Source of the DNA: Octopus sinensis
Taxonomy: Eukaryota
DNA: 64,000 nt
Reading direction: 5' to 3'
Assembly (NCBI RefSeq): GCF_006345805.1
Contig: NC_042999.1
Span: 146,320,001-146,384,000, forward strand
Each line of letters starts with the position of its first letter. Within the stretch, counting starts at the first letter, position 1. Under the pieces are notes generated by a model, which saw nothing but the letters and a program-made list of their open reading frames with translations, did not search any database and had not been told where the DNA came from. Position numbers and translations under genes: made by a program. Shown here one piece after another: positions 15,701-29,515 of the stretch.

Positions 15701-16836
15701 AGCATCATACTCAGTCACAAAACAGGCAAAGGAATATCTAAGTGAATTCCGAATACAACCAATTTCGGAATTAGAGATAGATATACAAGAAACAAGCACA
15801 GAAAAAGCTAGGCGCATGAAAACCCGTGCCAAAACTGCGGCCTTAGATATTCTGAATAATAAATGGCAAGAAAAACCTCTCTATGGCAAATACCCAAAGA
15901 GAGCGAATAATGCAGATATCGACAAAGCCCTGACCCATCAATGGCTAATGGCCTCTGGCTTAAAATCTGAAACAGAGGGGTTTATCATAGCAGCTCAAGA
16001 TCAATGCCTACCAACAAGAAACTACCAGGCCAACATATTAAGATCAGAAGCAGTCCAACGTGTCGTGTATGCAAGCAACAAAATGAAACCATTGACCATG
16101 TGGTCTCCAAGTGCAGTCTTCTAGCGCCTACAGAGTATCTCAACAGGCACGATAGAGCTGCACAATATATATCACTGGGTAATCTGTAAAAACCTGGATT
16201 TGCCCCATGAAAAAAACTGGTGGGAACACAAACCACCCCCAGTGCTTGAAAATGACCACATCTCACTCCTCTGGAACTTCACCATTCAAACTGACAGGAA
16301 GATAGATGCAAATAGGCCAGACATCATATTGAAAAACTTCAAACAAAGAACATGCCTCCTCATTGATATGACTGTCCCAATCGATATAAACGTATCTGTC
16401 AAGACCTACCAAAAACTGAGCAAATATAAAGATCTTGAAATAGAAATCAGCAAAATGTGGAAGCTGAAGACTAAAACAATGCCTGTTGTCATAGGTGCCC
16501 TGGGAATGATAGCAAAAGGGGCTGATAGCTACCTAACTCAGATACCAGGAAACCCAAAATGGCAGAAGTTCAAAAGATAGTGCTCATGGGAACTGCTCAT
16601 ATCCTACGCAAAATACTCTCTATGTAATCTCAAGGTTTAAAACAAACATAATTTTCGTTTAAAAAAAAAAAAATTTTTTTTTTTTTAGACATTCATTAGT
16701 ACAACATCCCCACCCCCCAAATATATGGCACACTAGGCATAACAACAACATGAACTTCCAACCCTGTTGTCTCTTGAGGTCTCTGGGTGAGACTTGGAGC
16801 CAACTTGTACAAATATAAAGCAAAAGTCAAACATAG
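12718..16836 (+). mobile_element. Near full-length R4/Dong-clade non-LTR retrotransposon (RT + CCHC + restriction-like endonuclease)
   Basis: One long frameshifted ORF with N-terminal KWSREDNKEVLEAFYHA. RT motifs: WKSPGKDKIPNFWL, YRPITCLTTMYK, EQKGC..GSYGCKDQLLINK, AWIDYKKAFDS, GIFQGDSLSPLLF, YMDD (~15072). Zinc knuckle CRVCKQQNETIDHVVSKC; RLE RPDII...IDMTVP...K..KY.DL. Ends in (AAT)n after 16836. The 5' boundary is uncertain. Confidence 0.92.
12850..16627 (+). pseudogene. R4/Dong polyprotein ORF, frameshifted as assembled
   Basis: Track ORFs 12850-13728, 13938-14303, 14314-15060, 15363-16124, 16004-16189 and 16200-16580 are consecutive pieces of one polyprotein ending ...QKIVLMGTAHILRKILSM*. 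Confidence 0.85.
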
Positions 16837-16894
16837 AATAATAATAATAATAATAATAATAATGATGATGATGTTGATGATGATGATGATAATG

Positions 16895-16945
<51 letters not shown>

Positions 16946-16967
16946 TAATAATAATAATAACAACAAC

Positions 16968-17327
16968 AACAAGAGCATTCAGAGAGCGCAAATCTCCGCC
17001 AAGTCAACACTAACGTCCTCTTACGATTAGCCAGAGATAATTTTTAAAATGAGAATATTTGAAATAAACTCGACTTCTCTCACAAATGAGAATATAAAAA
17101 ATGAACCTGACAATTCTCAAAAATTGAGTAAAAAAAAAAAAAACAAAGAAAAATAATCCAGGATTCTTGTCCGGTATCAGATCGATGCCAAAATCTAATC
17201 AATTCGTGCCAGTCATGAGCCCTAACATCCATGGAAGTTTCATTCAAATCCATCAAGCGGTTCTTGAGATATCCTGTCCACGAACAAACACGACTGAAAA
17301 CAATACCTCCGCCTTCGATAAGGCAGA

Positions 17328-17333
<6 letters not shown>
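16968..17333 (-). mobile_element. Helentron/Helitron2-type non-autonomous element (HINE-like)
   Basis: Minus strand starts attacctctgccttatcgaaggcggaggtat (terminal hairpin) and ends cttggcggagatttgcgctctctgaatgctcttgtt, with an asymmetric CTCCGCC subterminal repeat. Resembles HINE-type termini from memory; sits in (AAT)n. Confidence 0.6.
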
Positions 17334-17382
<49 letters not shown>

Positions 17383-17388
17383 TAATAA

Positions 17389-17429
<41 letters not shown>

Positions 17430-17622
17430 TTCATAATAATAATAATAATAATAATAATAAATGCCTCGATGCAATATATGGTAGTGGCTTTCATGACTTC
17501 TGATCTTAATTGATTGGAAGCGTTATCGTGTACATTGTTTCATCTAGTATAAAAGATGGGCTACAGCAACTATTCTGCTCAATACCACAGATTTGCTTGT
17601 CAGTCGTTTGACCTTAATCAGG

Positions 17623-17720
17623 TGAGCGTGTCCCTTAGAGGCTGAGCATGTCCCTTAGTAGTTGGGCATGTCCCTTAGTGGCTGAGCACGTCCATTAGTT
17701 GCTGAGCATGTCCCTTAGGG
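17623..17720. repeat. ~20-bp minisatellite, 5 units
   Basis: Consensus gctgagcatgtcccttagtg. Confidence 0.8.
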
Positions 17721-18145
17721 GCATTTGAGATGGCTCATCTCATCCTATGATGGAATTAAGCTACAGACATTATTATGGACCACCGATACCCCGAGAAACA
17801 GTAGTTGGATTTGTAATTCTTGCCCTTTACTCCTTTAGTTCTCTATATCTTTTGTACTCAGTGTAAGTTGGACCTTTTTAGATGTATACATATATACATT
17901 TTTTGTATTTCATATATTTGATATACTTTATATATTGATCTTTATAATTTACTTATACCAAAATTTACTTGCTGAAACTGTAAGGATAATCTGAAAACTT
18001 GACTGAGGAGAGAAGGTCATGAATGGTCCGTCCTTGTTTTATTCTGTCCGACTTCGTATCGTCTATCTATCCGAATGTTTCATTGTCGTCTGTTGCGTTC
18101 TTGTTCCATTTTTTTGGGTATATATGTATGTATATATATATATAT

Positions 18146-18177
<32 letters not shown>

Positions 18178-18213
18178 AATATATATTATATATATATATA
18201 TATTTTCAAATGA

Positions 18214-18271
<58 letters not shown>

Positions 18272-18603
18272 ATGTATATATTAGTGTAGTATAATTTAAA
18301 AGATGGTTGAGATAGAGCTAATATATCTATATATCATGCCCAATTAATTTTCAGAATGATTCTAGAATTAATAGGCCAAGCGTATATCGTTTAAATAATA
18401 TATTTGACGCGTGGAGACTAAATCTTTTGAAATGTTTGTTTTTGAAGATAAAAAAAGCGTAGAAAGGAAAAGAATCTTTTTTAAAAGATTAATTTTATCG
18501 AAACCGCTGTCAATCATTTTTATGAATCATAGGAGCACTTTTTAAAACATAATCCTCAAATTATCTTAGAAAACACACTCGCACACACACACACACACAA
18601 ACA

Positions 18604-18650
<47 letters not shown>

Positions 18651-20780
18651 ACAAACACGCACGCACATGTACACACACTCTCACAAGCTCGCGTACAATT
18701 ACTCTCGAGCACAAGCCGTCTCACATACACATGTAATGGTCATAACTATATACTTTGTGGTGCTGTTACATAGTTGGTCTGGTACACATATTTCAATGTG
18801 TTGAACACATGATATCGAACGATATAAAAGCAATATGAAGAAGAGCTGTGTACTTTGCTTGTGGCTGCACAGATCAATGAAAAGCCAGTAGAATGAAATG
18901 GCAATTGATCGGTTTACTGATTGTCATATCTTCTATTTGTGTTATAAGCACAAATTTGAGTTTGTGCACACACACACACATACACACACACACACACACA
19001 CACATGCACACATGCACACATTCAACACATACACATCCTTCCCTCCTTACGCTCACTCCACACACAGTTGCTCGTAAAGAGACGAAGCAATGTGAAAACT
19101 TAAAAAAGACCTTACAGAATTTAGACCAGGTAAATAGGTAAACACTAATAAAATAATCAACGTTTCGAAACTAGAACCGTATGTCGTGTTTCATTCGATT
19201 TGTTTCTGTCGGTATTTCCGTTAAATTACGTAAGTAATATATTTCCATGTCTAAATATATTAACAATTTATTAAGTATGAGAAAACAAGTTGGTGATGTA
19301 TTGTGATAGAAGAGAGGCGTCTTCTACTGATCTACGTATCTTACTAATTGGCAATTATAAAAAGAAGCAAAACGTCACCCTTTGAAAATGAGGCACAATC
19401 TTCTGAGAACAGGACAAAGAACTTTCTGTCTTTATATTCATAATTTTTCTTCTAATCGTTATGCTGAAATTTTTAAATGCATTAGCTTTCGGCATTATGG
19501 GTTTAAGAGTTCCAGCTGCAGCTGTTACATCAATTTCCTTCATTCATTATTGGAATAGAGAGAACAGAATTGAAGATTTTAAATTAGAAATTGTGTCTTT
19601 TACTTCTATCACAGGATGAGTCTGCAAGGAACATTTTGACGTCGTAGAGATATCATTAACAATCATATCTGTGGGTAGTTCTGTGTACCTGATTGACTAA
19701 CATCGTCCCTCACAAAGAAGATGAATGCAGAACTACATGCGAACCAAAACCACTTTTACATCATCACTCACTGGAATGAAATCAACCGAGGAGGAGTCGG
19801 CTGCTGAGAGTTAAATGTATCAACATCGATATCACAATACAAAGCGTTCTAAGTCAGGTTTGTTATTCGATATTCTCTTGACTCAGACATGGCTTTCTTT
19901 AGATATTATAATACTTGTTAAAAACAAATTTTATAGAAGCAGATGAATGAAATACGGGTCTCATTTTGAATAGGTATAAAGGTACTCTATGCTAAGCGAT
20001 GTAGAGGGATACCGCATAGTTTATTCCATTACTTTGGCTATTTTAGATGTAAATTACATCAACTAAGAACTTAGTGTGTCACGATATTGACTTACCAGAT
20101 TAGTATGATATAGTGTAGTTGCTGTTTGGCACTAGAGTAGCTCTGACTGATCAAAAGTGTTCTAGCACAACCGTCTTGTCTTTTATTCACTCATAATCTT
20201 TCTAGAACCACATTAGAAAGTATATTCTTTTAAGATGATGGCATATGAAGGAGATTTGGTTAGTATTTCTAGCAGTTTGAGTAACTCTGTAAATGCTCTC
20301 CCATTGTACTATCACTAGAACTGTATTATGTCTGTGTCTAAGGTACATCCTGTTTATCTAGTTGCAAAAGAGCAGCCATCTGTACAATAACAGTCAAAAC
20401 CTGACATTTGTTTATAATATGGATACAATATTACACAAGAGAAGAACCGACCAAATTTCCCTCCATATTTATCTGTTTCATTATTATACCGTTTCTGAAA
20501 GGCCATAAGACGAAGAAGATCTCAGCGATATTTGATCTCAGAACACTGATAACCGAACTGTGTGATGCTCAGACATTTCTGTCACTTAACTTTTCTATCA
20601 CTTAACCCCTTTAAAATCGTCGTAATATTGATTTCAAACTTTGGCACAAGGCGAGCAGTTTTGTGGGAGGGAGTAAGTCGATTACATTCGACGCCAAAGT
20701 TCAACTCTTACTTATATCATCGATCCCGAAAGGATGAAAGGTAAAGTCAACCTCGACGGAATTTAAAGTCAGAACGCAAA

Positions 20781-21185
20781 TGACTGTGTGGTAAGAAGCT
20801 TGCTTCCCAACCACATAGTTCCGGGTTCAGTCTCACTGTATGGCACCTTGGGCAAGTGTCTTCTACTATAACCTCGGGCCGACGAAAGCTTTGTGAGTGG
20901 ATTTGGCAGACGGAAACTAAAAGAAGCCCGTCGTGTATATATATATATGTATATCTGTGTGTGTGTATGGATATATTTGTGTGTGCTTGTTTGTCCCCCT
21001 CCCACGGTCCCTTGACAACCGATGTTGGTGTGTTTACGTCCCTAAACTAGCGGTTCGCAAAAGGTACTGATAGAATAAGTACTAGGCTTACAAAGAATAA
21101 GTCTGGGGTTTGATTTTTTCGACTAAAGGCGATGCTGCAGCATGGCTCCAGTCAAATGACAAAGAAATAAAAGAATAAAAGAATG
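20781..21185 (+). mobile_element. tRNA-derived SINE, family A (octopus OK/OR-like)
   Basis: ctgtgtggtaagaagcttg...ccgggttcagtc...accttgggcaagtgtcttctactata, internal (TA/TG)n, tail cagcatgg..cagtcaaatgac...aataaaaga. Confidence 0.85.
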
Positions 21186-21445
21186 GACAAAATGCTGCTA
21201 GGCATTTTTCCCGACGTACTAAAGATTCTGCCAGCTCGCCACTTTAATTCGCCGTAATATAAAACTATCAATGTTTAGATTTTAAATTCTCATCAGTATA
21301 GTTTGTAGAGGGATGCCCTTTTCTCAAAATGATTCGGGATAGATAAAGTACACGATGATGACTTCTCTAGATACTACTCTGGATACTGGTCAAAACAGTG
21401 ATTGTTAGACTAAAATTTTCTGATATACAGAAAATTTTCTGATAT

Positions 21446-21850
21446 AGGCGTAGGAGTGGCTGTGTGGTAAGTAGCTTGTTTACCAACCACATGGTTCCGG
21501 GTTCAGTCCCACTGCGTGGCAACTTGGGCAAGTGTCTTCTACTATAGCCTCGGGCCAACCAAAGCCTTGCAAGTGGATTTGGTAGACGGAAACTGAAAGA
21601 AACCCGTCGTATATATGTATATATATATATGTGTGTCTGCGTGTATGTTTGTGTGTCTGTGTGTTTGTCCCTGCAACATAGCTTGACAACCGAAGCTGGT
21701 GTGTTTACGTCACAGTAACTTAGCGGTTCGGCAAAAGAGACCGATAGAATAAGTTCTAGGGTTACAAAGAATAAGTGCTGGGGTCGATTTGCTCGACTAA
21801 AGGCGGTGCTCCATCATGGCCACACTCAAATGACTGAAACAAGTAAAAGA
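21446..21850 (+). mobile_element. tRNA-derived SINE, family A
   Basis: Full colinear copy of 20781-21185. Confidence 0.85.
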
Positions 21851-23760
21851 GGTATATTCGAATATATATCATATACATGAGGTGATATAATTACCTAAGT
21901 GCATATATTTATGTACTCTAAATCTGGATGCTATCTTTACTGCTAATTAAATATAGAGAGCTTATGTTCCGACATTGACTGAATGTTAAATTAATAATCA
22001 GTAATCCTCTGAGTCGTTAAAGGAGTTGTTGATACCGGAGTGCTAGTCTTTCAGGGATGACTCAAGGAAAAACACACTCGATTGATTTCTGTTTGACTTT
22101 ACCAAACTCATAAAATCATTTCTTGTAGAACACTTTCACACATCTTGCAGTGGTAAAGGAACATGGTCTAATTGTTAGGGTGTTGGGATCACGAATATAA
22201 GGTCATGGATTAGATTACTGGTTCAGGTGGTGCATAGTGTTCTTGGACAAAGTACTTCTTTTCATGATGCTTCAGTCAAATTAGCTGAAAAGAAGTACCA
22301 GCGTATTGCTGGTGCGTCCCCTTCTCTTTCTCTCTACCATTGCCATATTCTCAATGTTTTGCTAGGTCAAATATGGGAAGGACCCAAGTGAATGTCTATG
22401 TTTCATGTGAGTGTGCACAGGCACCTAAAACAATCAGTGAGAGCATGGTACATGCTATCAAGTCATACTGGTTTGTGATTGTCAGCTATGATTTTTGGCA
22501 TAGCTTGATCTATTAGTCTATTAAGAAATAATAGCATTGTCAAGAGTACAATGAAATTATAGTAGAGTTGTAGTACATTACTAGAAAGCTTAGACCGGGT
22601 TGAAAGCTCGATTACCTTTGGTGACCTAACAACCCATTAAGAGTTCCAGGAAGTTTTCTTCTCAAGAATACAATACAACGTCGATAACGGGTTATAAAAT
22701 ATAAAGAAAAGTAGCAGTGATTCTTGTTTGTGATGTGGTGACAGCAACAGTGGCGAAGTTGGCACTAAGTAATAACTTAGTAATACACATACATACATAC
22801 ATACATACATACATACATACATACAACATACATACATACATACATACATACATGCATATACACACGTGCTTACGTATATGTATATGTATGCACAGTCACA
22901 CGCATACAAAGCTATACATACATTAATTAAGCGAGGTGAATAAAAGAATAACAGTTCATGTATATGAAAGCTAATTATAAATAATTCTCATAGAGAATGA
23001 TTGAGTGATAGCAATAACAAAGAGAGGAGAATTTCTGTTGAAAGGAAGTTGAGAAAAGACGAAACGTGTCTTAGAAGTCAAACTAAGAAACAACAAAGCA
23101 ATTTTTAACAATAACTAAACAACTATTTGTCACATTTATGACAAAATGAAAATTAGATTCATTGTTGGACAATATTGAATTTTTTGTTGTTACTGTATGA
23201 ACTCAAATCAATATGGGCGATGGAATCGATATTATGGGTCTGATAGTTATTCAAGCTCTGCATGATGTATGTACCCCTTTAACTGGCATTACAGAACAAG
23301 TTTCAATTCTTATTTTAGCTCATACATTCATTTCATAAACATTCTCTTTGCCCCTGACGTGTAACCAATAGCCTTAGTGTTTTAAGGATACCACTAAAAA
23401 ATAGTATTATGATATGAATCATTTGCCTTAATTATGTTTATGTGTGTGTGCGTGTGTGTGAAGGTGAATTATATTTCCTAAACTTATTTCAAAAACTATA
23501 TATCTGCTATATTGCACGTTAAACGATCAGTGTTGACGATCATGTCCAGGTTTCTATCATATCAGTTAGAGTGTTCCTACGCAGCTACTCAACATGCTAG
23601 AAATAGAAAACATATTTCACTTAAAATCAAACCCAACTGCCATATAAAAAGAAAAGATTACATAGATTGGATACATAATATTTGAATGGTGTTGTGTGGA
23701 CGCCCCCAGACGATGAAGTAGGCTAGCCCAATACGTAGATATAGTGGGAGAAGCCAAGAC

Positions 23761-23829
<69 letters not shown>

Positions 23830-24384
23830 CTAGAACAGAGAGGAGTAGCAGAGTAGAGAGAGAGAGAGTAGAGTTGAGTAGAAGGCATCCGAACGTGCGA
23901 CGTAACAAATGGAATGAACGATGTTTAAAAACCGAACCGCTATTAATCATTTGTTTGGTTGATCAGGTGTGACTGGAACTAAACAGGAACAGTAGCGACA
24001 TCAACAACAATAACAATATTTCTTGATTGTATCGGAAGCCTATTTGTATTCACATCGAGTTGGAAAATAGAAGCGAAAGTTTCAGTTTATACGTTATTAT
24101 CGATATCTTAGTTGTAAGGAGAGAGCAAAAGGCTTGATCATTTGGAATCAGCAATTCAAGTGCCGTTGCCATTCAGGAAAATTAATTCTCATTTAATATG
24201 ATGATTCATAAAATTCAGCATTTTAAAACTCACATGACTGTAATAACTGTAATATTGTCGAGTATTTAGATGGTTAAAAAGAAATGAATTCCTTTTGCAA
24301 ATGTTATATGATATAGACGCTCCTCCTATCCAGCAGGTTTGTCACTCATTCCAGTGGGTTACTGAGAGATAAATCGCAGTGATA

Positions 24385-24600
24385 TTATTTCTTTATTGGC
24401 CCACAAGGGGCTAAACATAGAGGGGACAAACAAGGACAGGCAAAGGGATTAAGTCGATTACATCGACCCCAGAGCATTACTGGTACTTAATTTATCGACC
24501 CCGAAAGGATGAAAGGCAAAGTCGACCTCGGTGGAATTTGAACTCAGAACGTAACGGCAGACGAAATACCGCTAAGTATTTCGCCAGCTCGCCGCCTTTA
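24385..24600 (-). mobile_element. tRNA-derived SINE, family B
   Basis: atcgaccccgaaaggatgaaaggcaaagtcgacctcgg.ggaatttgaactcagaacgt. Other minus copies: ~20620-20780, 38622-38765, 42030-42245, and 33755-33847 plus 35142-35275 (split by the mariner). Confidence 0.85.
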
Positions 24601-24952
24601 AATTGCAGTGATATAGTGAGGAACTGGCTAAGAGTAGGGTAGGGATATAAAAGTAGGCTAATAGGCAGAGTCATAAATCGTAAAGCCAAATGTACTACCA
24701 TAGCTAAAACTTACAAATTGTTATCCCATTCCACCGGAAGTGTCATCTTTCTCAACAGGAACATACCATTCTTAGATGTAGTTTATGCAGAATTAAGAGA
24801 GTGAGAGACAAATTGAGCAGATAGGAAACCAATCTATATCGTATACAATTCATCACGTTAAAGGAATTGAACTAAGTACTACAAGATATTATCCGACTGT
24901 CTTCCAGCTTTGTGTATTTTTTCATCTCGCACTAATTACTACCTTCTTCAAA

Positions 24953-25125
24953 GGGGCGAGCTGGTAGAGTAGTTAGCATGCTGGGTAAAATGCTTAGAGG
25001 CATTTCGCCCAGCCTTACGTTCCGAGTTCAAATTTCGCCGAGGTCGACTTTGCCTTTCATTCTTTTGGAGTCGATAAAATAAGTATCAGTCGAAGACTAG
25101 GGTCGATGTAATCGACTACCCTCTC
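24953..25125 (+). mobile_element. tRNA-derived SINE, family B
   Basis: ggggcgagctgg.aga...gagttcaaatt.cgccgaggtcgactttgcctttcat; another plus copy at ~41325-41535. Confidence 0.85.
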
Positions 25126-25695
25126 CCTCAGAATTAATTACTATCTTCTTAGAGTTGAATGAATTTGGCTTTGAAATAGGAACTGAAAGCTTGAATTGCT
25201 GAGAGGACATAGAGTGCTGACCACTCTCATGATTTTTCGAAAACCTATCCTGTAAGTGTGAGAAATTATTGCTCATGACAGACTGACATACTTACAAGAT
25301 TTGCTTATTATTTAATTCAAAGACATGAAACACGAGCAAAGTACTGGCATTCGAACCAATAAAGTAATTTTCTCTTTGTTTAATACAACTCATCACGATC
25401 TAAATTCTAATTATAAGGTACTGTAACATTTAATGGACTGAGGACTATAACGAAGGGCCAATAAGACCCCTGTCTGTATGTAGCCTGTTACAGTCAAAAC
25501 TACCCTGGATATTGACTACAGCTAAAAATAAAAAGCAAGTGAAATTAAAATAAATCGATATAATATTGAGGACAATGATGCGATTTGTTGGAAACTTAGA
25601 CTGTATTGCAAAATTGTAAACGAAGTTACCTTAATATGCTTCATAAAGTTATTTTTAGGGCCTGTGATTAAACCAGAGAATTCTCAGCTGTTAGC

Positions 25696-25781
<86 letters not shown>

Positions 25782-26334
25782 ACATCGACTCAACTAATGG
25801 ATTATATAGTTTATCTCTCCAGAGAAAGAGTCAGTAAACGGATCCTGACTATGGCTTTAACGAAAGTTGAAACCAATTGATTTCTAGATTTGATATTGTT
25901 TCCTGCCCTCCGTTACACCTTCTGGCTAAACTACCGTGTCTAATTTCTCTAGTAAAGCAAAGCATATGTATGTTAAATGTATGAGCGTAACTTTACGTTA
26001 TTGAAATATATTCTATATCATGTTTCAGCACACCAGTTAACTATATTCTGAGGCACCTGCACGGCATTCTCCAAAGTGTCGCTGCAACATATAACATGAA
26101 AATATCTCTGAATATCTCCTGTGTAAAGTCACTTACAAATGACCAAGCGGTGTTTCAATGTCTTTTATTGACATAAAAGAAATCAATAATGTGATTGAAT
26201 ACATTGGAGTAACTATTTCGTAAAAGATTGTTTAATCAAATCGATTCTACCATTGCAGTTTTGGCTGGTTTCCTCGGTTCAATGTGTCACATTTCGAAGA
26301 GCATGAAAAAGACAATGTAAGCGAGAGACGTCAA

Positions 26335-26414
<80 letters not shown>

Positions 26415-26416
<2 letters not shown>

Positions 26417-26612
26417 GTTTGTGTGTGTGTGTGTTTGTCCCGCCAATATCGCTTGACAACCGATACTGGTGTGTTTACCTCCCCATAACTTAACTGTTAG
26501 GCGAAAGAGACCGACAGAATACTAGGCTAACAAAGAATAAGTTCTGAGGTCGATTTGTTCGACAAAAGGCGGTGCCCCAGTATGGTCGCAGCCAAATGAC
26601 TGAAACAAGTAA
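26415..26612 (+). mobile_element. SINE family A, 3' half
   Basis: gcttgacaaccgat.ctggtgtgtttac...gactgaaacaagtaaaagaataaaaga. Other partial copies: ~39797-39945(+), 42755-42930(+), 44390-44620(-), 45930-46145(+), 61740-61925(-). Confidence 0.8.
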
Positions 26613-26624
26613 AAGAATAAAAGA

Positions 26625-26737
<113 letters not shown>

Positions 26738-26841
26738 TTTGGGTGTGTATGTGTGTCCGTGTATTTGTGAGCTTGTGTGAACGTATATATGTACATGCGT
26801 AAATACATTCGATAGAAATTTTGTCAATACAATTCACTTAC

Positions 26842-27763
26842 CTTAAAATCTTGGTTAGCTCCGAAGTAGATAGGTATAAATGCCAACCACACTATACATG
26901 TGCTGTACATGGTAAAAGCTATGTATTTAGCTTCGTTGAAGTTCTGTGGGATCTTTCGTGTTTTGAAAGCATATACCGTACATAAGATAATGAGGAACAT
27001 ATTGTAGAAAAGGGAGATAACTATTGCTATCTGACTTGTCTTGCACTTTAAAATTAAGGCGTCTTTTCCTTGGAGGACGTACATAATATCTGGTCTTTCG
27101 AAGCCAATCCATGTAAAAGCTCCAACTACTTGAACAGAGACCAAGGAGAAACAAATAATTACTTGTGACCTTGGACTTGTATAGCTTGGCCTTTTCACAA
27201 CTGCTCGAATACCACGATTGAAAATTCGGTAAATTCGGTTGGTTTTGGTTAACATTGAGGCGTAAACGAGGCTTAGAGAGGATCCAAGACCTAAACGCAT
27301 AATAGTGCAAATTGCTATCGATGGCCTGGCAAGCATCACGAATGATGTGCCGTATGAAAGGAAAATACCCAGAAAAAGTATATAACACAGCTCTCGGCCT
27401 GATGCCATGATTACTGGCGTTTTGCTATATAATATGAATGTAACTAAAACGAAAATTGTTGAAACTATTCCTAAAGCAGAGAATGTAATAGGCAGAATTG
27501 CCCATAATGTTGTCCATTGAAGATGGAGGACTGGTAGACGTACGCATGAAGTTTTGTTCGCATCAGGGCGAAAGCCTAATGGACAGTCTTTGCAGGTGCT
27601 GACGTTCTCTAGAATTTGGTAGTCATTGCAGCGAACACACACCCAGCAGCAGGCATCGCTGCCACTTTTAGCATAGCCAAGACCACACGGCTCTGAACAT
27701 ATCGATGTCGGAGTAACATTAGATCCATTTCGCCATGAAATCTTGTCTTCAAATAAACGGAGA
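26842..27763 (-). CDS. mGluR: mGluR large exon: cysteine-rich (9-Cys) domain plus TM1-TM6
   Basis: tttttctctag|T CTC CGT...GAT TTT AAG|gtaagt; 922 nt, phase 2/0. Contains TSICSEPCGLGYAKSGSDACCWVCVRC...C..C...C (9 Cys), TPVIMASGRELCY, KTNRIYRIF, KTRKIPQNFNEAKYIAFTMYSTCIVWLAFIPIYFG. Extends the 272-aa track ORF upstream and joins the previous exon in frame. Confidence 0.97.
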
Positions 27764-29476
27764 CTAGAGAAAAATAGAAATAGAAAAAGAAGATATTGAA
27801 TTTGAAGTGTTATTGATAAACATGTCGGGAATATAAATGTTCATAATATTTAAACATTTCGGAAATATAATTCTTCATAATATTTAAACATTTTTTAATT
27901 GTTACAAATTTTCAGTTTTCTTTTCCTGCTAGTTCGTGATTGGCTTAAAACACCGCATGCCTTACGGCATATTACGAAGTTTTGATGGAAATCAAAATTT
28001 CACCGACTGAAAATTGAATATCGAAGATGAAACTAAAAAGAAACAGCGAGGGGAAAAATCAATCATTAATAAGTGTGATGAATTTGAAGAGAAGAGAGAA
28101 GTTTACAATCAGTGAATACAAACATCTAAAAAAAGAACAAAAAAGAAAAGAAAAGGTTAAATACATAGGTTAAATACATTTTCAGTTTGAAATTAAAATT
28201 CACAAGACCCACACAATTTTGGTCGCAAATCTACAGTTTATAATGAGTATTTCATTAGCTGTTTCTGAGGTCTGAAAATATGCATTTATTAATATGGTCT
28301 TTGCTGTATACCTAACCAAGCTTATTCATTCTCATCGAATAACACTTTTCTCCAGCTCTAAATTTGTATCATGTTTGGAATAAGTGAACTGTAGAGGTTA
28401 GTGAAATTTATAGTGGGTTATGAGATCTCAAAGTGATTTTTAAATATTGTTTTCACTGGGGAAGTTTATTAAGATTTGAAAGATTTTGCTTTGTAGGGAT
28501 GAAACCAGCATCTGATGTGCAATAGAATTAATCTAAAACATAAATGAGTTCTATATCTAACAAATGTGGATAAAAGTGAAAAGTGCTGACAAAGGCCTTA
28601 ATATTTAATTTTGTACTTTGGACGAAAGTATCTCTGCTTTTCTAGTTGATTCCAGTTTCTCTGTAGACCAACAAAACAAAAACAAAAACAAACAAAACAA
28701 GCAAACAAACAAATAAAAGTTAAAAGAGAAGGGAAATATGCTCTACTAGATGGCGTCAGGAGTGGGAAATATGTTATTTGAATGATTCAAAATTACTATA
28801 TCAAAGATAATAAAAAAATCCCCAGCTCTTATATTGAATTAGGAATTCACAGTAAGAAGACGTTCATGACACTTTCTAATTGTAAATATCCTCTTTGATG
28901 CTGACCGGTTTTGGAACCCTAGCTTAGAGTTAAAATAATTCTACTACACAACCTGAGTTGGATCAGCAAGTTACATCTAAATAAAATCTCCCGGTGAAGA
29001 ACAGATGTGACTGAAAGAGTTCAGCTTCGTGAATGTATATTTGTTGATTTCCTCCCTGTTTTTCTTGTTTTCTCTCTACATCAACTTGTTCATAGATGAC
29101 TTTAAAACACTTCATTTTAAAACAATCATTAAGAATATAAAAATAATTGTTCATATTTATTGTACTCGGGAGATATAAATATAGTGAAAAGTGCGTAGGT
29201 GTTAGAAAACAGAAGTAACAACATCCATTCATTTACTTTAACTTTAGTTGAACTTTTACCGATGTTTTACAAATATTGGAAAAAAAACAAAGAAAAAAGG
29301 AAAGAAAAGAACAAGCTCATAGGCACGCATATAGCGTTCTTTTCTGAAATATAAAACGTCTTCCAATACTTTTACGTTGAACAATGAATAATTATTTCTA
29401 CTACAAAAGAAAACGTAAACTATTCTATTAGATGGAAGACAATATGAAACTGAAAATATGTCACGCGAATTAAAAA

Positions 29477-29515
<39 letters not shown>

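Noticed and set aside
17623-17720. Regularly spaced ~20-bp repeats as a CRISPR-like array
   Set aside because: Head-to-tail minisatellite without unique spacers, in eukaryotic DNA with no cas genes.
19355-19810. Short minus-strand ORFs as mGluR C-terminal exons
   Set aside because: No recognisable motif, weak acceptors, and no TM7 exon to connect them.
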